NCBI GenBank assembly: GCA_977018835.1
Contig: OZ361257.1
Coordinates: forward strand, 2,108,001 to 2,172,000
Direction: 5' to 3'
DNA from: Minutocellus sp. GHC0000111
Lineage: Eukaryota
DNA length: 64,000 bases
Each line of letters starts with the position of its first letter. Positions within the stretch are counted from its first letter, which is position 1. The translations under genes were made by a program, and so were the position numbers. The notes below the pieces were generated by a model that searched no databases, was not told where the DNA came from, and was given only the letters and a program-made list of their open reading frames with translations. Below, piece after piece: positions 1 through 11,377 of the stretch.

Positions 1-484
1 GTTGGAGGTAGTGGCGGGCTACCACCGGTCCCTTGGATTGTTTGGCGTCTCGTTCGTCGAAGGCAATTTGATTTAGGTACGGGCAGGGTTGTCCTGTGCT
101 ATCGTTGGTTGCTTGTGTGGTTTCATCTGCAAAGTATTGTCGTGCCATTTGGCAGTAGGCCGCCTGGCAGGTGGTATCCCCGTCCTCGGCCATGGTCTGA
201 TCGACGACCGCCACGCGGATTCGCTTGGGATATGTGGCTCTCTTGAATGCCGTGTAGATGGTGTTGGCGCACCGGTGTCCGTCTCGGTACGCCACGGCGC
301 TGACCAGTATCTGCGCAGCATCCGGAGAGGAGAGAAAGGTGGGAGGAGGAGGGCGCAGATGCGACTGGGAGGGATGGAGGGGCGTGTGCTGCGCGTCGGG
401 ATGGAGCTGGATGCTGGGGTAGGGATGCTCCGTGTGCCTCGGATCCGTCTTGCCGAGGAGGAGGTTGGATTGTGATTGGGTCAT
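1..484 (-). CDS. GT60-family GlcNAc transferase ([Skp1]-hydroxyproline GlcNAc-transferase-like, PF11397 type), 5' part; runs off the window
   Basis: Not in the ORF track. Manual translation from ATG 484: MTQSQSNLLLG...PDAAQILVSAVAYRDGHRCANTIYTAFKRATYPKRIRVAVVDQ...CPYLNQI...SKGPVVARHYLQ, matching the GT60 'I.VS.ASYRD..C..T....F..A..P.R..V.VV.Q ... GP..ARH' pattern. An upstream exon is possible. Confidence 0.75.
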   Translation of the reverse strand, partial: MTQSQSNLLLGKTDPRHTEHPYPSIQLHPDAQHTPLHPSQSHLRPPPPTFLSSPDAAQILVSAVAYRDGHRCANTIYTAFKRATYPKRIRVAVVDQTMAEDGDTTCQAAYCQMARQYFADETTQATNDSTGQPCPYLNQIAFDERDAKQSKGPVVARHYLQ

Positions 485-739
485 TTCTGTCTTATAAGCA
501 GGAAGCTAACTGAACTGAGCAGGTACTAGTATGTCGAGAGAATCTGGCGGTACTCGCTGCTCACGGCATTTTCATTGCCTCCGCCATGAGCATGAAAGTA
601 AATTAATGCGAACCAAATGCAAAAGTTTTCTCTGACGTCATCTTTGCGTTGGCAAACCCAAAAGGAACCCGGAGAAATCGAAGCACAGACCCTGCCTGCA
701 GACAAACCGTTCAAAAAACGGAACAACCAACAGGCAACC

Positions 740-2699
740 ATGGCGCAACGAGGTGGCAACGCGAACGCCGCCGGCGGTGGGGGGAACAACGCCGCCGGCG
801 GGGGAGGCGGCCAGGGGGGGATGAACGAGCACGTCGAGTTCACCGTCAAGGTAAGACCCGACGATATTCGTTCGTTGGGAAGGCAAGGGAAAGCAAATAA
901 TCAGCCGTGTCTGAAAAAGCAAAATTTGGCTGTTGGTCGTGAGGGGCGAATTGCGGGCGGTGATTGTGGCGAAGGGAGGCAGGAGAAGAAGATCTGATCG
1001 TCGACGCCGATGGAAAGGCGGTGTTAGGGGAGGGGTGTTGGTGGTAGGCGGAGGTCGCGCTGGTCCGTTTCCCTCTCGAGTGGAATTCCCCGGAAAGTCA
1101 AACCGACTTCCGGCTGCTGCGGCTCAGATTTATCTGTACCAATACTGCCTCTCTGCCGCCTGGGCATCGGCCGAGCCTCGAGAGATGGTTCGAACCAGCT
1201 GCAGTGAAGGAGAGCGGGGGTATCAGTTGATGGTGGGGCTGCGGGTGGGTTTGGAGCTTGCGCCAGACTAGAGAAAATCGTGGAATTACGAAGTTCGGTT
1301 GTTTGACGTCCACGCAACAGATACGATTCGATTCCGGGGTCGTAAACGTCACGGCAGTCCGGAAGGTCCTTCGGTGCGGGAATAGACGAGGCCTTCGCCG
1401 AGAAAAGATCAACTAGTGTGATGCTTTGGAATGGCGGTTGTTTCTTTTTAATTATCGTCATCTCATCATTGTTCGTCCCCTCTTACTCCATGACTCCAGG
1501 CCGAAGAGGACCTGTACCTGACGGGAACCGAGAATACCATCCGGCGGGTGACGGCCGAGACCAACTACTCCTGCCTCATGCTCAAGACGCAGCGCTTCTC
1601 CTCCCTCTTTCGGCATTACGCCAAATACCACGGCCTCCGAAAGGACGATCTGGAATACTACTTCGTCAATCCCCTCGAGAACGAGGACACGCCCGAATCC
1701 GTCCAGCTCCAGCGGGGGGATACCATCATGGTTCGGAAGAGACGCAAGCCGGAGCCGCCCGAGCCGGCGGCGGACGACGAGGAGTTCTTCAAGGATATGA
1801 AGGATTTGTTGGACGACGACGAGCACATGGACTGCGTGTTTTTGGTCCACGAGGATGGCGGACAGAGTCACTTTTCCAGTCCCAGCAAGGTTGCAGGTGG
1901 CGGTGGTAGCGGAGGTGGACCCAATACCCCCTTTGGCGGCGGTGGCAGCAGTATGACCCCCGACCTCGGTGGGGTGGCGGCCATGCAGACCGACGACGGG
2001 TACGGCACCAAAAAGAGCAGCCGGGTCGAAGACGAGACCGACACCAACAACAAGGCCAAGGCCGAGCCCAAGATGGTGGAGATCAAGGCCCACAAGTGCA
2101 TCCTCACGGCAAGCGGGGAATACTTCAAGGCCCTGTTCCGCAAGGGGGCGACCTCCACCTCGTCGTCCGGAGAGACCACCCACGTGGCCTTCAAGGAATC
2201 GACCGAGAACACCATCCGGGTCGAACCCACCTTCAGTCCCAAGATCATCCGCCTCATGCTGGAGTTCGTCTACACCAATCGCATCACAGCCCTCAGCCAC
2301 GGTCGGATCTCCACGGACGATCTGCTCAGCCTCCTCCATCTGTCCGACAGATGGCTCCTCCGCGATCTGAAGCGGCTGGTCGAGCACGAGCTCATCCGCT
2401 CCCACATGGACGTCAACACCGTCCCCCGGATGTACTGCGCCACGGAGGACTTTCACGCCCGCCGCTTGTCCAAGGCGTGCATCGACTTCATCATGGAGAA
2501 CATCCGAGAGGTGGCCGGCAACCACGCCTTCCAGGAGGAGATGAAGCACTATCCGCACCTGACGTTGCCGATTCTGAAGGCGGCGGCCGATATGATCCCG
2601 CAGCCGGTGCACAAGAAGCAGAGGACGGAGCCGCCGAGTACTCCCGGTGGAGGTAGTGGACAGCGCGGCCACAGCCCGATTGCCGATGATTCGGCGTGA
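740..2699 (+). CDS. SUMO/Rad60-like ubiquitin-fold domain + BTB/POZ domain protein (2 exons)
   Basis: Exons 740-850 (AAG|gtaaga) and 1500-2699 (tccag|GCC), phase 0. FSSLFRHYAKYHGL..DDLEYYF...LENEDTPESVQLQRGDTIMV is SUMO-like. DCVFLV...IKAHKCILTASGEYFKALF...FKES...MLEFVYT...LKRLVE is BTB followed by BACK-like helices. Confidence 0.8.
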
Positions 2700-2842
2700 A
2701 AGGAGGGATACTAAGTAGGATTATATATATAAACGCGCATATCGCTACGCAGCTAGGTCTCTCATGCCGATATTCTCTTGGCGGAGCAAGCAGAACCCAT
2801 GTGATACGTAGTAATTGCATAATGCTAGTCTTCGATTTTATG

Positions 2843-4300
2843 CTACTTCCCATAGACATCGAAGAATCCGATACTCTCGAGATCTTTTATTCTCTCTTCG
2901 TCCATATTCGTTTTCTCCCCTCTGACAAACTTATCGTACTCCTTCTTTTGGTTCCAAACCCAACTGTAAAGAGGTGAGTGCTTCGCTCGAGGGACGGGAA
3001 CGACGCCATTCTCGTCGTAGAAATAACGTAGCTCACCGAGGCGTTTCTTCCATCGGTATGTCAGCTTTGATCTCCACTCAAATCCGATACCGTCAAGCCT
3101 TTCAATTCTTTCTTCGATAATCCCTGTCATCTTTCCTTCTTTCAACTTCCTATATTCTCGACGCTGTACTGATACCCACCAAAAAAGTTCCTGATCTTCC
3201 CAAGATGACGGAACATCTGTGTGGCCATGAGCTGCCTTGAATTCATCAAGCTCGGCAAACTTTTCTTCCCAGGCAGCCTCGAACACGCTCCAGACAAAAC
3301 CAATTTGGTTCAGCTTTTCGATCCGTTCGTCGGTGAGTTGCGAGTGCTTCCCTTTTTGCAGTAGTCGATATTCTCTTCGCTGCGTGTTGACCCACATTGC
3401 AAGTTTGTGATATTTGTTGTCACTGTCCCCGCGTGCATCCATTGGAACAAGAGTATCTCCGTGCTCCTCTTTGTAGGCCAACAATTCATCGTAGCGTTCA
3501 TCCCACTCAGGCCGATCGCGCAGTCTCCATTCGAAACCGATTTCGTTCAGCGCGTCGATGCGTTCTTTCGTAATTCCAGGGTTTTGTTTCCAGTTTTCAT
3601 CGAAAAATCTGTGGTAACAAGCTCGCTGATTCATCACCCAATTGCTAAGCTGTGGATTAACTTCGTAGGAGATGGGCACGTTGCAATCACTGCGCATTTG
3701 TTTGTACTCTTTGAGCTCTCCCAAACGCTTCCACCACTGTTCGTCGTCTAGCTTTCCTAGTGGCCTCGTCCATTCGAATCCCATACTCTCCAGGGCCTCG
3801 ATCCGCTCGGAGCTCAACTTCTTTTGCTGATACCTTCGCCGCTGATTAAAAACCCAGATGCCGAGCTGTGGATTCGCCTCGAACTTACGTGGCACATTGC
3901 AGTCACTAACCTCTTGCTTGTAGTCCTCGAGCTCTCCAAATCGCGCCCACCAATTCTTGTCGCGTTTCGCCAGCACCCTGCCCGACGCCTCCAACTCGGC
4001 AAGAAACACTTGCGAGATGGCGTGCACTACCTCTTCCCCGCCGGGTGTTGATATCGCGTTTGCACATTGGAGGGAGACCGGTCGGCACAGGAGGTTGATG
4101 TGCCTCCTTTGTGATATCTGGGTACTGATCAGCGGCCAGCCAATTGGCAAGTCTTGGTGGCGCAGGTGTTCCGACTTTGTCGTGCTGTAACCCGCCGTTG
4201 ATTGTGGTGCAAATGCCGTGCCTCGGACTGCCAGAAGAAGCAAGACGAACCATCCGGCGAGGATACCGGCACAATCCGGCGAGCGATGGAGCAATGCCAT
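2843..4300 (-). CDS. Helicase-associated (HA) repeat protein, 5 repeats, predicted plastid-targeted (copy 1)
   Basis: Repeats of W..R..EL..YK...G...VP......L..WV..QR.......ERI..L..IGF.W. N-terminus MALL...WFVLLLLAVRGT-AFAP (signal peptide + ASAFAP-type motif). ATG 4300 chosen as likely start. Confidence 0.85.
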   Translation of the reverse strand: MALLHRSPDCAGILAGWFVLLLLAVRGTAFAPQSTAGYSTTKSEHLRHQDLPIGWPLISTQISQRRHINLLCRPVSLQCANAISTPGGEEVVHAISQVFLAELEASGRVLAKRDKNWWARFGELEDYKQEVSDCNVPRKFEANPQLGIWVFNQRRRYQQKKLSSERIEALESMGFEWTRPLGKLDDEQWWKRLGELKEYKQMRSDCNVPISYEVNPQLSNWVMNQRACYHRFFDENWKQNPGITKERIDALNEIGFEWRLRDRPEWDERYDELLAYKEEHGDTLVPMDARGDSDNKYHKLAMWVNTQRREYRLLQKGKHSQLTDERIEKLNQIGFVWSVFEAAWEEKFAELDEFKAAHGHTDVPSSWEDQELFWWVSVQRREYRKLKEGKMTGIIEERIERLDGIGFEWRSKLTYRWKKRLGELRYFYDENGVVPVPRAKHSPLYSWVWNQKKEYDKFVRGEKTNMDEERIKDLESIGFFDVYGK

Positions 4301-4618
4301 TTTGTTCCGGATCAATTGCTCTCTGTCTCCTCCGTCCATAACCGTCAAATCAATGATTGTGGTCGCGGTCGGTCAAATCGGCAATTCAGCGCTTTTGTCT
4401 GTCCGTCTTCCGAGGGTTCGCCTGCAAGGTTCGCACAGCTTTGCAGCTCTGCCGCGCCGACGAGCAAAGAGCTTCTTGGATGCAGACACAACTTCCCCGC
4501 TGGTCGGCGAAGTAAGTTGTCCTGTGAGTCAGTCGTTTCATTGGCATCTTGGGCCTCATAATTTGCATCTACTGTGCCAAATATCTACAATTGCATTGCT
4601 ACTGCTCTCCCAACCATC

Positions 4619-5818
4619 ATGTCGTCGGACCTTCAGCTCCTTCAGCCTCTGACCGTCGGCGGTCAGCAGATCCAGAACCGCGTCTGCCTCGCCCCCATGA
4701 CCCGCGCCCGGTGCACCCCGACCGAGGACCCTCTCGACCCCAGCGCGACCAACGCCACGCCCAACGACCTCATGGCCGAGTACTACGAGCAGCGCGCCTC
4801 GGGCGGACTTCTCATCACCGAGGCCACGGCCATCTCCGAGCAGGGCGGCGGGTGGCTCAACGCACCGCACATCCGCACTCCCGAGCAGGTCGCCGCGTGG
4901 AAGAAGGTCACCGACCGCGTCCATGCCAAGGGATCCGTCATTTACATGCAGCTCTGGCACATGGGCCGTCAGACGCATTCCAGCTTCCATCCCTCGACGG
5001 GTACCATCTCCGCCCCCTCGGCCATCCCCATGGGCGGGGCGCAGACCAAGACCATCGCCAAGGAACACGTCGAGCCCGAAACGCCCACGGAAATGACCCT
5101 CGACGACATCCGGTCCACCATCGCCGATTACGCCCGTGCCGCCCAGCTGGCCGCCGAGGCCGGATTCGACGGCGTCGAGGTCCATTCCGCCAATGGGTAT
5201 CTGCTCGACACCTTCCTCCAGTCCAGCACCAACACTCGCAATGACGCCTACGGCGGTTCGCCCGAGAACCGCGTCCGTCTCCTCAAGGAGGTGATCGACG
5301 CCATCTTCGCCAGCGGTGCCTTCCCCGCCAACCGCATCGCCGTCCGCCTCAGCCCCAACGGGGCCTTTGGCGACATGGGCAGCGACGACAACGACACCAT
5401 GTTCCCCTACGTTGCCTCCCAGCTCAACGCGTACGGCTTGGCCTACCTCCACGTCATGGACGGACTCGGATTCGGCTTCCACCAAAAGTGCAAGGCCGTC
5501 ACCTGCGCCGACATCCGCAAGGTGTACGACGGTCTGATCATGGCCGACGTTGGTCTTACCAGGGATACCGCCGAGGGGATGATTCGGAGCGGCGCCGTCG
5601 ACCTGGCCTGCTTTGGCAGGATCTACATGTCCAACCCCGACCTCGTGGAGAGATTTGCCAACGATTGGCCGATTGAGGAGGGTGCTCCGTACGAAACGTG
5701 GTGGGGTGAGACCGCCGAGAAGGGATATACCGATTGGCCGGCGTACCAGCCCCCCAAGGGGGAAGAGAAGGAGAAGGACTCGGAGGAGGAGAAGAAGGAC
5801 GGTGAAGAGGCGGAGTAG
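4619..5818 (+). CDS. Old yellow enzyme family NADH:flavin oxidoreductase (12-oxophytodienoate reductase-like)
   Basis: NRVCLAPMTRAR, YYEQRASGGLLITEAT, QLWHMGR, AGFDGVEVHSANGYLLDTFL, NTRNDAYGGSPENRVR, FGRIYMSNPDL, GYTDWP. Confidence 0.95.
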   Translation: MSSDLQLLQPLTVGGQQIQNRVCLAPMTRARCTPTEDPLDPSATNATPNDLMAEYYEQRASGGLLITEATAISEQGGGWLNAPHIRTPEQVAAWKKVTDRVHAKGSVIYMQLWHMGRQTHSSFHPSTGTISAPSAIPMGGAQTKTIAKEHVEPETPTEMTLDDIRSTIADYARAAQLAAEAGFDGVEVHSANGYLLDTFLQSSTNTRNDAYGGSPENRVRLLKEVIDAIFASGAFPANRIAVRLSPNGAFGDMGSDDNDTMFPYVASQLNAYGLAYLHVMDGLGFGFHQKCKAVTCADIRKVYDGLIMADVGLTRDTAEGMIRSGAVDLACFGRIYMSNPDLVERFANDWPIEEGAPYETWWGETAEKGYTDWPAYQPPKGEEKEKDSEEEKKDGEEAE

Positions 5819-6041
5819 GTTTTGCGAGTGACAAGTCGACGTTGTACATACACATACGGCATACCAGTTCGTACTAGATAGTTACAGATGATCATGTATA
5901 TCCTTTCGTTTGGTATCTACGATCGTACGTAGCTAGCTGGCTGGACTCTGAATTGATTTAGCATCTATGATTGAACCATAAAGAGAAAAGATTTCTTCGA
6001 CGACGGTACCGTGGCAGCCCTTGCGTTTCAATGTATATATT

Positions 6042-8185
6042 TTAGACGATGGAAAAGTATGAAAGCGCGAACGACACCAAACCGAGGCCGAGCATCGTAG
6101 TGGGAACATGAGCAGCCGAGGTGGTATCGGGTTCTATAATTTCGTCTTCCATCGATTCTCCGTTGTCAGAGTCTGATGCACCTTCTTCAGCGCCCATCTC
6201 ACCCTCCATCATGCTCTCAACGATCGTCATTACATCTTCGTCAACGACTCCCGACATGACGTCCATCATATCTTCTCCGTCCTCACCTTCAAGAAGAGTG
6301 GTTGGGATAAGGGGGCCAAAGAACTCCTCGAATAACTCGATGGTGGTACCATCGTTTCGGACCTGATGAAGCCAGCTGTTGTATCGAACGTAGGTGCTGG
6401 GAGGAAGATCACGCCGGAGAGGATACGAGTAGAAGAAACCATCCTCGAACTCGGCGGGCATCTCTTCTTCGCCAAAGGGGGCAAAGGTCACCGGCACACC
6501 GGGAATGGCGAAGGCGGCATTGGCAAATCCATCCAGGACCCAGTCTACCATCAGGTCGCACTCTCCGTTTGAGAGGGAATTGTAGCAACCGTCGACAGAT
6601 GCACAAGTAAGTGGGTTCGAAATAATCAAGTCCTTCGGAGCGGTGACGAGAGTGCCGTCTAGGATACAAACACTTGCACCTTGCTCATTGGCCTCTTCCA
6701 ACGTTTCAATACCGGTTGGGCTATCAACAAGTCGGAACAGGACAAGCTGTTGCCAGACAAAGCGGAAGCCGAAGATTGCATTCCTGACGTTCTACGGAGG
6801 CTGCAAAGGGGCCGACGATGATATCAAACGGTGCTTCGGGAAGAGCCACAATCGCATCGTTGTAAAATCCGGTTGGGTTGAAAATATTCCCGGGAGTGCT
6901 GAGCACGCCTGAGGCATTTTCGTCCGTTACCTCAGTAAAATCTAGGACCAAGTCTCCATCGGAAGCCTCTTCGAGTGCCCTGAGATGCTCCACAGAAAGC
7001 CCTGTAAGCTCACCGTCTTCATCGAAGTATACATAAGGCGCATAAACCATGACGGCAACTCGAAGTGTGACGCTGTAGGTTGCATCGAATGCTGTCTCTT
7101 GGGCGATGTGATCATCGATAGTCTCCTGGCCAAAGTTCTCCCTGGTGAGATCAAAGAGGCCTGGATTGACAGCATTTTTAGTCCAGATGTTGAGATTCTG
7201 AAGAACGGCTGGGTTCAAGCTCGACCGCACAGGCGTAGAAAGGTAGAACTGAATCTCCTCGTCGAAACCCTCCTCAGGAACCGGTGCTTCGGTCAAAACC
7301 AGGTCTGGCTGTAATTCTTTTTGGGTGTATCGAACTGTGACTGAATCGCCAAAGCCGTAGTCGCAATCACCTGCGGAGACTCGTTCGGCACAAGCGGGGA
7401 CATTGGGGCCGCAAGGGACGGGATTATCGACAAAAGGTGCACACAAATTGCCCACGGCAGAGTCTTCGAGGACACAAACAGCACCCCCGGCATTGTTCGC
7501 TTCTTCGATGGTTGCAAAGGCCGTGTCCTGAGAATGAAATAAAAGTCCGGCATTTCCATTGCAATGAGAAATAACAAAGGTGTTAGAAAAGATCCAGGTG
7601 CGAAACTTCCTTTCAAAACACAATGACACTGACAAAGCAAGAGCAGAGAGGAAGCACTAGGTCAGGACTTACCGAGTTGGTTGAGTGAAATCCAACGACG
7701 GGGGCAACGGAAAATGGTTGAGGAAAGAAGGAAAATAGCTGCGTTCTCTCGGATGTGATGAAGTAGTCGCCGACCAGCATGTCCAGACATCCCACGCCAT
7801 CCGTGGCGGCCAGATCTTCGCAACCGTCCGTGATGGTTGCCTCGGCGCCGTTGTGCGTTGATGCGTTGGGCAATCCATTGAGATCGACAAAGTCGCACGT
7901 TGCATTGCACCGACATGGGTTGGCCGATTCTTGGAACAAGGCCTGGCATTGAATTTCTTCGAGCCAATCCATCAGGAAGCCCGACATGGACCCATCGGCC
8001 TCGTCGCGGTTGAGAAAGACGGGAAAGGCGCCTGGGACGATGCCAGCGCGGATGGTGAGGGGGAGGATGTCACGTTCATCTTCGACGTCGTCGGCGGCGA
8101 GACGTCTCCTCCTGCATGCCTCGACACCGGACGGGGTCAACAGTAGCAGGAGGGCAGCGAAACTTGAGAGCGATGTGAATTTCAT
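6042..8185 (-). CDS. Secreted, probably GPI-anchored protein with two tandem type-2 periplasmic solute-binding (SBP family 3 / iGluR ligand-binding-like) domains; frameshifted at ~6780
   Basis: Signal peptide MKFTSLSSFAALLLLL + RRRRL. Exon 8185-7673, intron gtaagt..ctcag, exon from 7527. Motifs IRAGIV..FP...DGSMSGFLMDWLEEI, DMLVGDYFITSER..FSF and LRVAVMVYAPYV..DEDGELTGLSVEHL, FDIIVGPFAASVER. After a frameshift it reads AIFGFRFVWQQLVLF..IETLEEANEQGASVCILDG, parallel to domain 1 FATIEEANNAGGAVCVLEDS. Hydrophobic C-terminal tail. Confidence 0.7.
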
Positions 8186-8899
8186 GGCAAGTAGAGGGAA
8201 TAGAAGAATGAGATGATCCTCTCTTTGATGTGTGGCTTCCTTCCGCGTTGTTGGCCTCTCTGCTCTTGAAGAAAGTTGTGGCTTGGAACAGAAAAGACCG
8301 GCTGCATGGCGAGGAAGACGTCGGAGATGCTCCGAACCCTCCGACGAAGACAGACGAAAGTGCGAACAGCGACACTGTGCCACAGCACCATCTGCCAGCC
8401 GGATGACTCGCATGCTTTTGGTCGCACTTTCGGTGGCCGGCCGGCGCGCGAAGCAACCGACCGGCGCGCCCAACGCGAGCCACCATGGCGGCAAAAATTC
8501 AAATTGCCGCCGCTGCGTGCAGAACGAAGGCGACATCTCGCGCTGGTGTGGGAGAATTACGGCACGAGACCAACCAGGCACTCCCGACATCCTGGTGACA
8601 TTCCCGTTGGTCTCGATCCATGGTTCTCCATGAGCAAAAAAAACAACGGCCGCAATCCCGCGGTCAACACCGCAGACAGAGTTGCGGTGCAGGACGCCCT
8701 GGCTGAACCACTCGTCCGTCTTCGCAGAAAGGAACTTCATTACTACAATTTCATTGGCAACAACAATGACTCCTTGATGAATGTGTTGGGATGCAGTCCC
8801 ATCATGTACGGCGCCGTCATGTGCACTGCGGGCATCTTGGGTTTTTGAAGAAGAAGAAACACGAAGACTGACTGCGATGTGTTTTTTGTGAGGACAGAC

Positions 8900-10238
8900 A
8901 ACCAGAATGGATGGGATGAAATGGTGTCAAGACACTGCCTTGCCGACGACGTTCAGCGAACCCCATGCAAAAAGAGCATGTTTGTTCGCCTCGGTTCTAT
9001 CAATCCTCGTGCAGCCGACGCTCTCCATGATGATGGATGGATGGCTTTCGACATGGTCACGGTCGAGCAACACAATTTCGCCTCGAAACAACGCCGCCGC
9101 GGCTCAATTTGACGAAGGCATGTAATGCATTCCTCAAGTCGGTCGCACCACACATGTCGGTGGGACATGCGGCGATGGACTACGAAATCAACAGGCAGAT
9201 GTTGCTCGAGGCCCAGAAGTTCCCTGGTGGGTGCAATGGCCAGGACGATGGGTGGGACAATGACGACGATGTTGGGACGGTGGGCACCCTGACCACGACG
9301 GAGGCCGGCGAGATCAGTGAGGACGATGACGACGAAGACGAGGACTGTGTGCCCTGTTGTGAGGACGAAGCTGATGTTGCAAGAGAGGACGCTACACATG
9401 AAGCATGCATGCAGCAGTGCTTTGAGAAGAATCGTCAGAAGCACGGTGTGATGGCGAGCCAGAGATGGGAGCTGTCGATGATGCCGAGGATGACGATGCC
9501 CCTCACTTCCATTTCCTGAAAAAGGCCGGCATTGAGGCGGCCGACTCAGGCAAAATAAGGGCAGTGCTGGCAGAATGCTGGAGAGCTTTGTCTGTTAATG
9601 TTTCTGATGGCAACAACAAGAAGAAACCAAGGACAACAGAGTTCATCCACCACAACACCTCCACCAAAGGAACTCTCATAGAGCACAATCGCGAGGAAGA
9701 TGGCATGACGGATGACGACATCAAAGAGCTCTGCAAAGTTTGCTCTAATTTGCTCAACACTCTTGACGCAACACATTGTTCCAGGTTTCTGAAATGGCAC
9801 ATGAAATGGGATGATGAGGCAAAGAAGGCTGTGAGAGAGCTTGAAGCATTGATTGCAAGTGCCCTCAAGCAAGCACGGGCAATCGGCATTAGCACAACGC
9901 CCAAGTGGCACTTACTCGAAGATCACATCTTGGACCAACACATATGGCTAGTGAAGAATGGATGGGGCGGCATCTATTGGCTCGACGAATCGTTTGTAGA
10001 GCGAGCCCACCAAGAGGGCGTTAAGGAAGATCGTCGGACTCAGGGCGTCAAGGGATGTGAGGCCCAACAGACGGCGCAGTTCAAGGCTGAGGAGAGGGCA
10101 TCCAATCCAAAGGTCGAGGAGAGGCGGACAGCATCGCGATTCAGCAAAAAAGTAAATAGTGCACCCAAACAAACACATCACGTCCTTCTTAACTCACCCA
10201 TTTATCTCCCAGACCAAAAAGTCCCTTTGTCGGGTTGA
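8900..10238 (+). mobile_element. Degenerate DDE transposase remnant of Transib/RAG1-like or CMC (Chapaev) type; boundaries approximate
   Basis: Broken ORFs 9037-9519 and 9465-10238. TTPKWHLLEDH...GGIYWLDESFVERAHQ gives H-x4-H followed by a glutamate helix, as in the RAG1/Transib/CMC C-terminal catalytic region. Codon usage is unlike the flanking genes. No TIRs identified. Confidence 0.55.
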
Positions 10239-10295
10239 TTAATGCATAAACTCATCCCATTGCTATCTGTCTCTCCTCAGGCGCAAAATTATTGA

Positions 10296-10308
10296 CCCTA
10301 ACCCTAAC
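10296..10308 (-). repeat. Interstitial telomere-like repeat (TTAGGG)2
   Basis: + strand ccctaaccctaac directly abutting the end of the P4H fragment. Confidence 0.5.
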
Positions 10309-10506
10309 AGCCGTGCAGGGAAAGCTCATCCATCTGACCGTTGGCAAATAAGTCATAGAAGATAATCACCTTGCCCTTCTCCGGCTTGACCTTGAGACCA
10401 ACGTCGCATCGCTTGAAGTCATGTGGCTGAGGGGCACCACCATTGAATCGCGGGAAGACGGTCGGTCTCGCCTCCCTTGGCGACGTCGCTGAGGTGCCAA
10501 AACAAT
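10309..10506 (-). pseudogene. Prolyl 4-hydroxylase (2OG-Fe(II)) C-terminal fragment
   Basis: Manual translation LFWHLSDVAKGGET/[gacc 4-bp duplication]/VFPRFNGGAPQPHDFKRCDVGLKVKPEKGKVIIFYDLFANGQMDELSLHG; truncated at both ends. Confidence 0.8.
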
Positions 10507-11377
10507 GAGTGTTGGAGTGTTGAGCGTATTACATTGCAGGTACCGGGACTGTAAATCTTGCACTGCGCGGATTGCTCATGAAAGCAATGAGACACACAGC
10601 AAACCGAGAAGCCATGATGATTTTCAGTTGCATGGGATGGTTTTTCAAGGAGCACCTGATAAAATATGAGACCGAAGATGTAAGTATTTGACACTAGTTC
10701 GGCGGCCTTGTCTGCATTCCCCGGTATCAATCTGATGGACTTGGAGACTATTTCATGAAGCACTGGGTGGCGGTGAGGAACATTCGGAATGAATTCCGGG
10801 AGGTCGAGTGGGGGGATGCGATCGGTCGGGATCAGCGAGAGTCGGTCATGCGGGGGGTGCGGCGCAATCCCGGCAGTTTATCATCAACAACAACGTGGGA
10901 AAGTACCAGAGGGTCTGGGGCATCACAACGGGAGCACGACGAGCACAAAGACGGAGCAATGGTGCCACCCCCCAGAGAAACGAACGGCCGACAGATGGAG
11001 GAAAAGTAGGCCGATGGTTCGTGGCGTTGATACGCAGCGGAGGCCAATCTGAGGATACAGTAAGCTTCAACTATATCCAAACATGATAATGAATGCGTAT
11101 TTGGTACGAAAATATAGTTATACGCCGGCGCAACGCCGACGGACCACCATGGTGTTGGACGGTCAAAGAATGGGTGACGAACGAGATTGGGTTTTGGTGG
11201 GTTTCTTCGTGACGTGTTCGTCTTCTGCCGAAAAACGCTTCATCCGACCAGCGAAACAAGACGAGATGGGGCATTCAAAATCAGGTCAGGACATAACATA
11301 CCTACGTACATGTAGGTACATGCCGGCACCGTGGAACTCCTGAAGACCACAAGCAGAATAGGATAGTGTCGCCTCTC

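Noticed and set aside
1527..2222. Repeated TENTIR peptide and ~18-nt match within the BTB gene
   Set aside because: Too short, with no extended duplication.
1..2699. Skp1-type O2-sensing module (GT60 head-to-head with a BTB-fold protein, P4H genes elsewhere in the window)
   Set aside because: The BTB protein is not Skp1, the intact P4H is a secreted ShKT type 55 kb away, and both families are large in diatoms; adjacency alone is not evidence.
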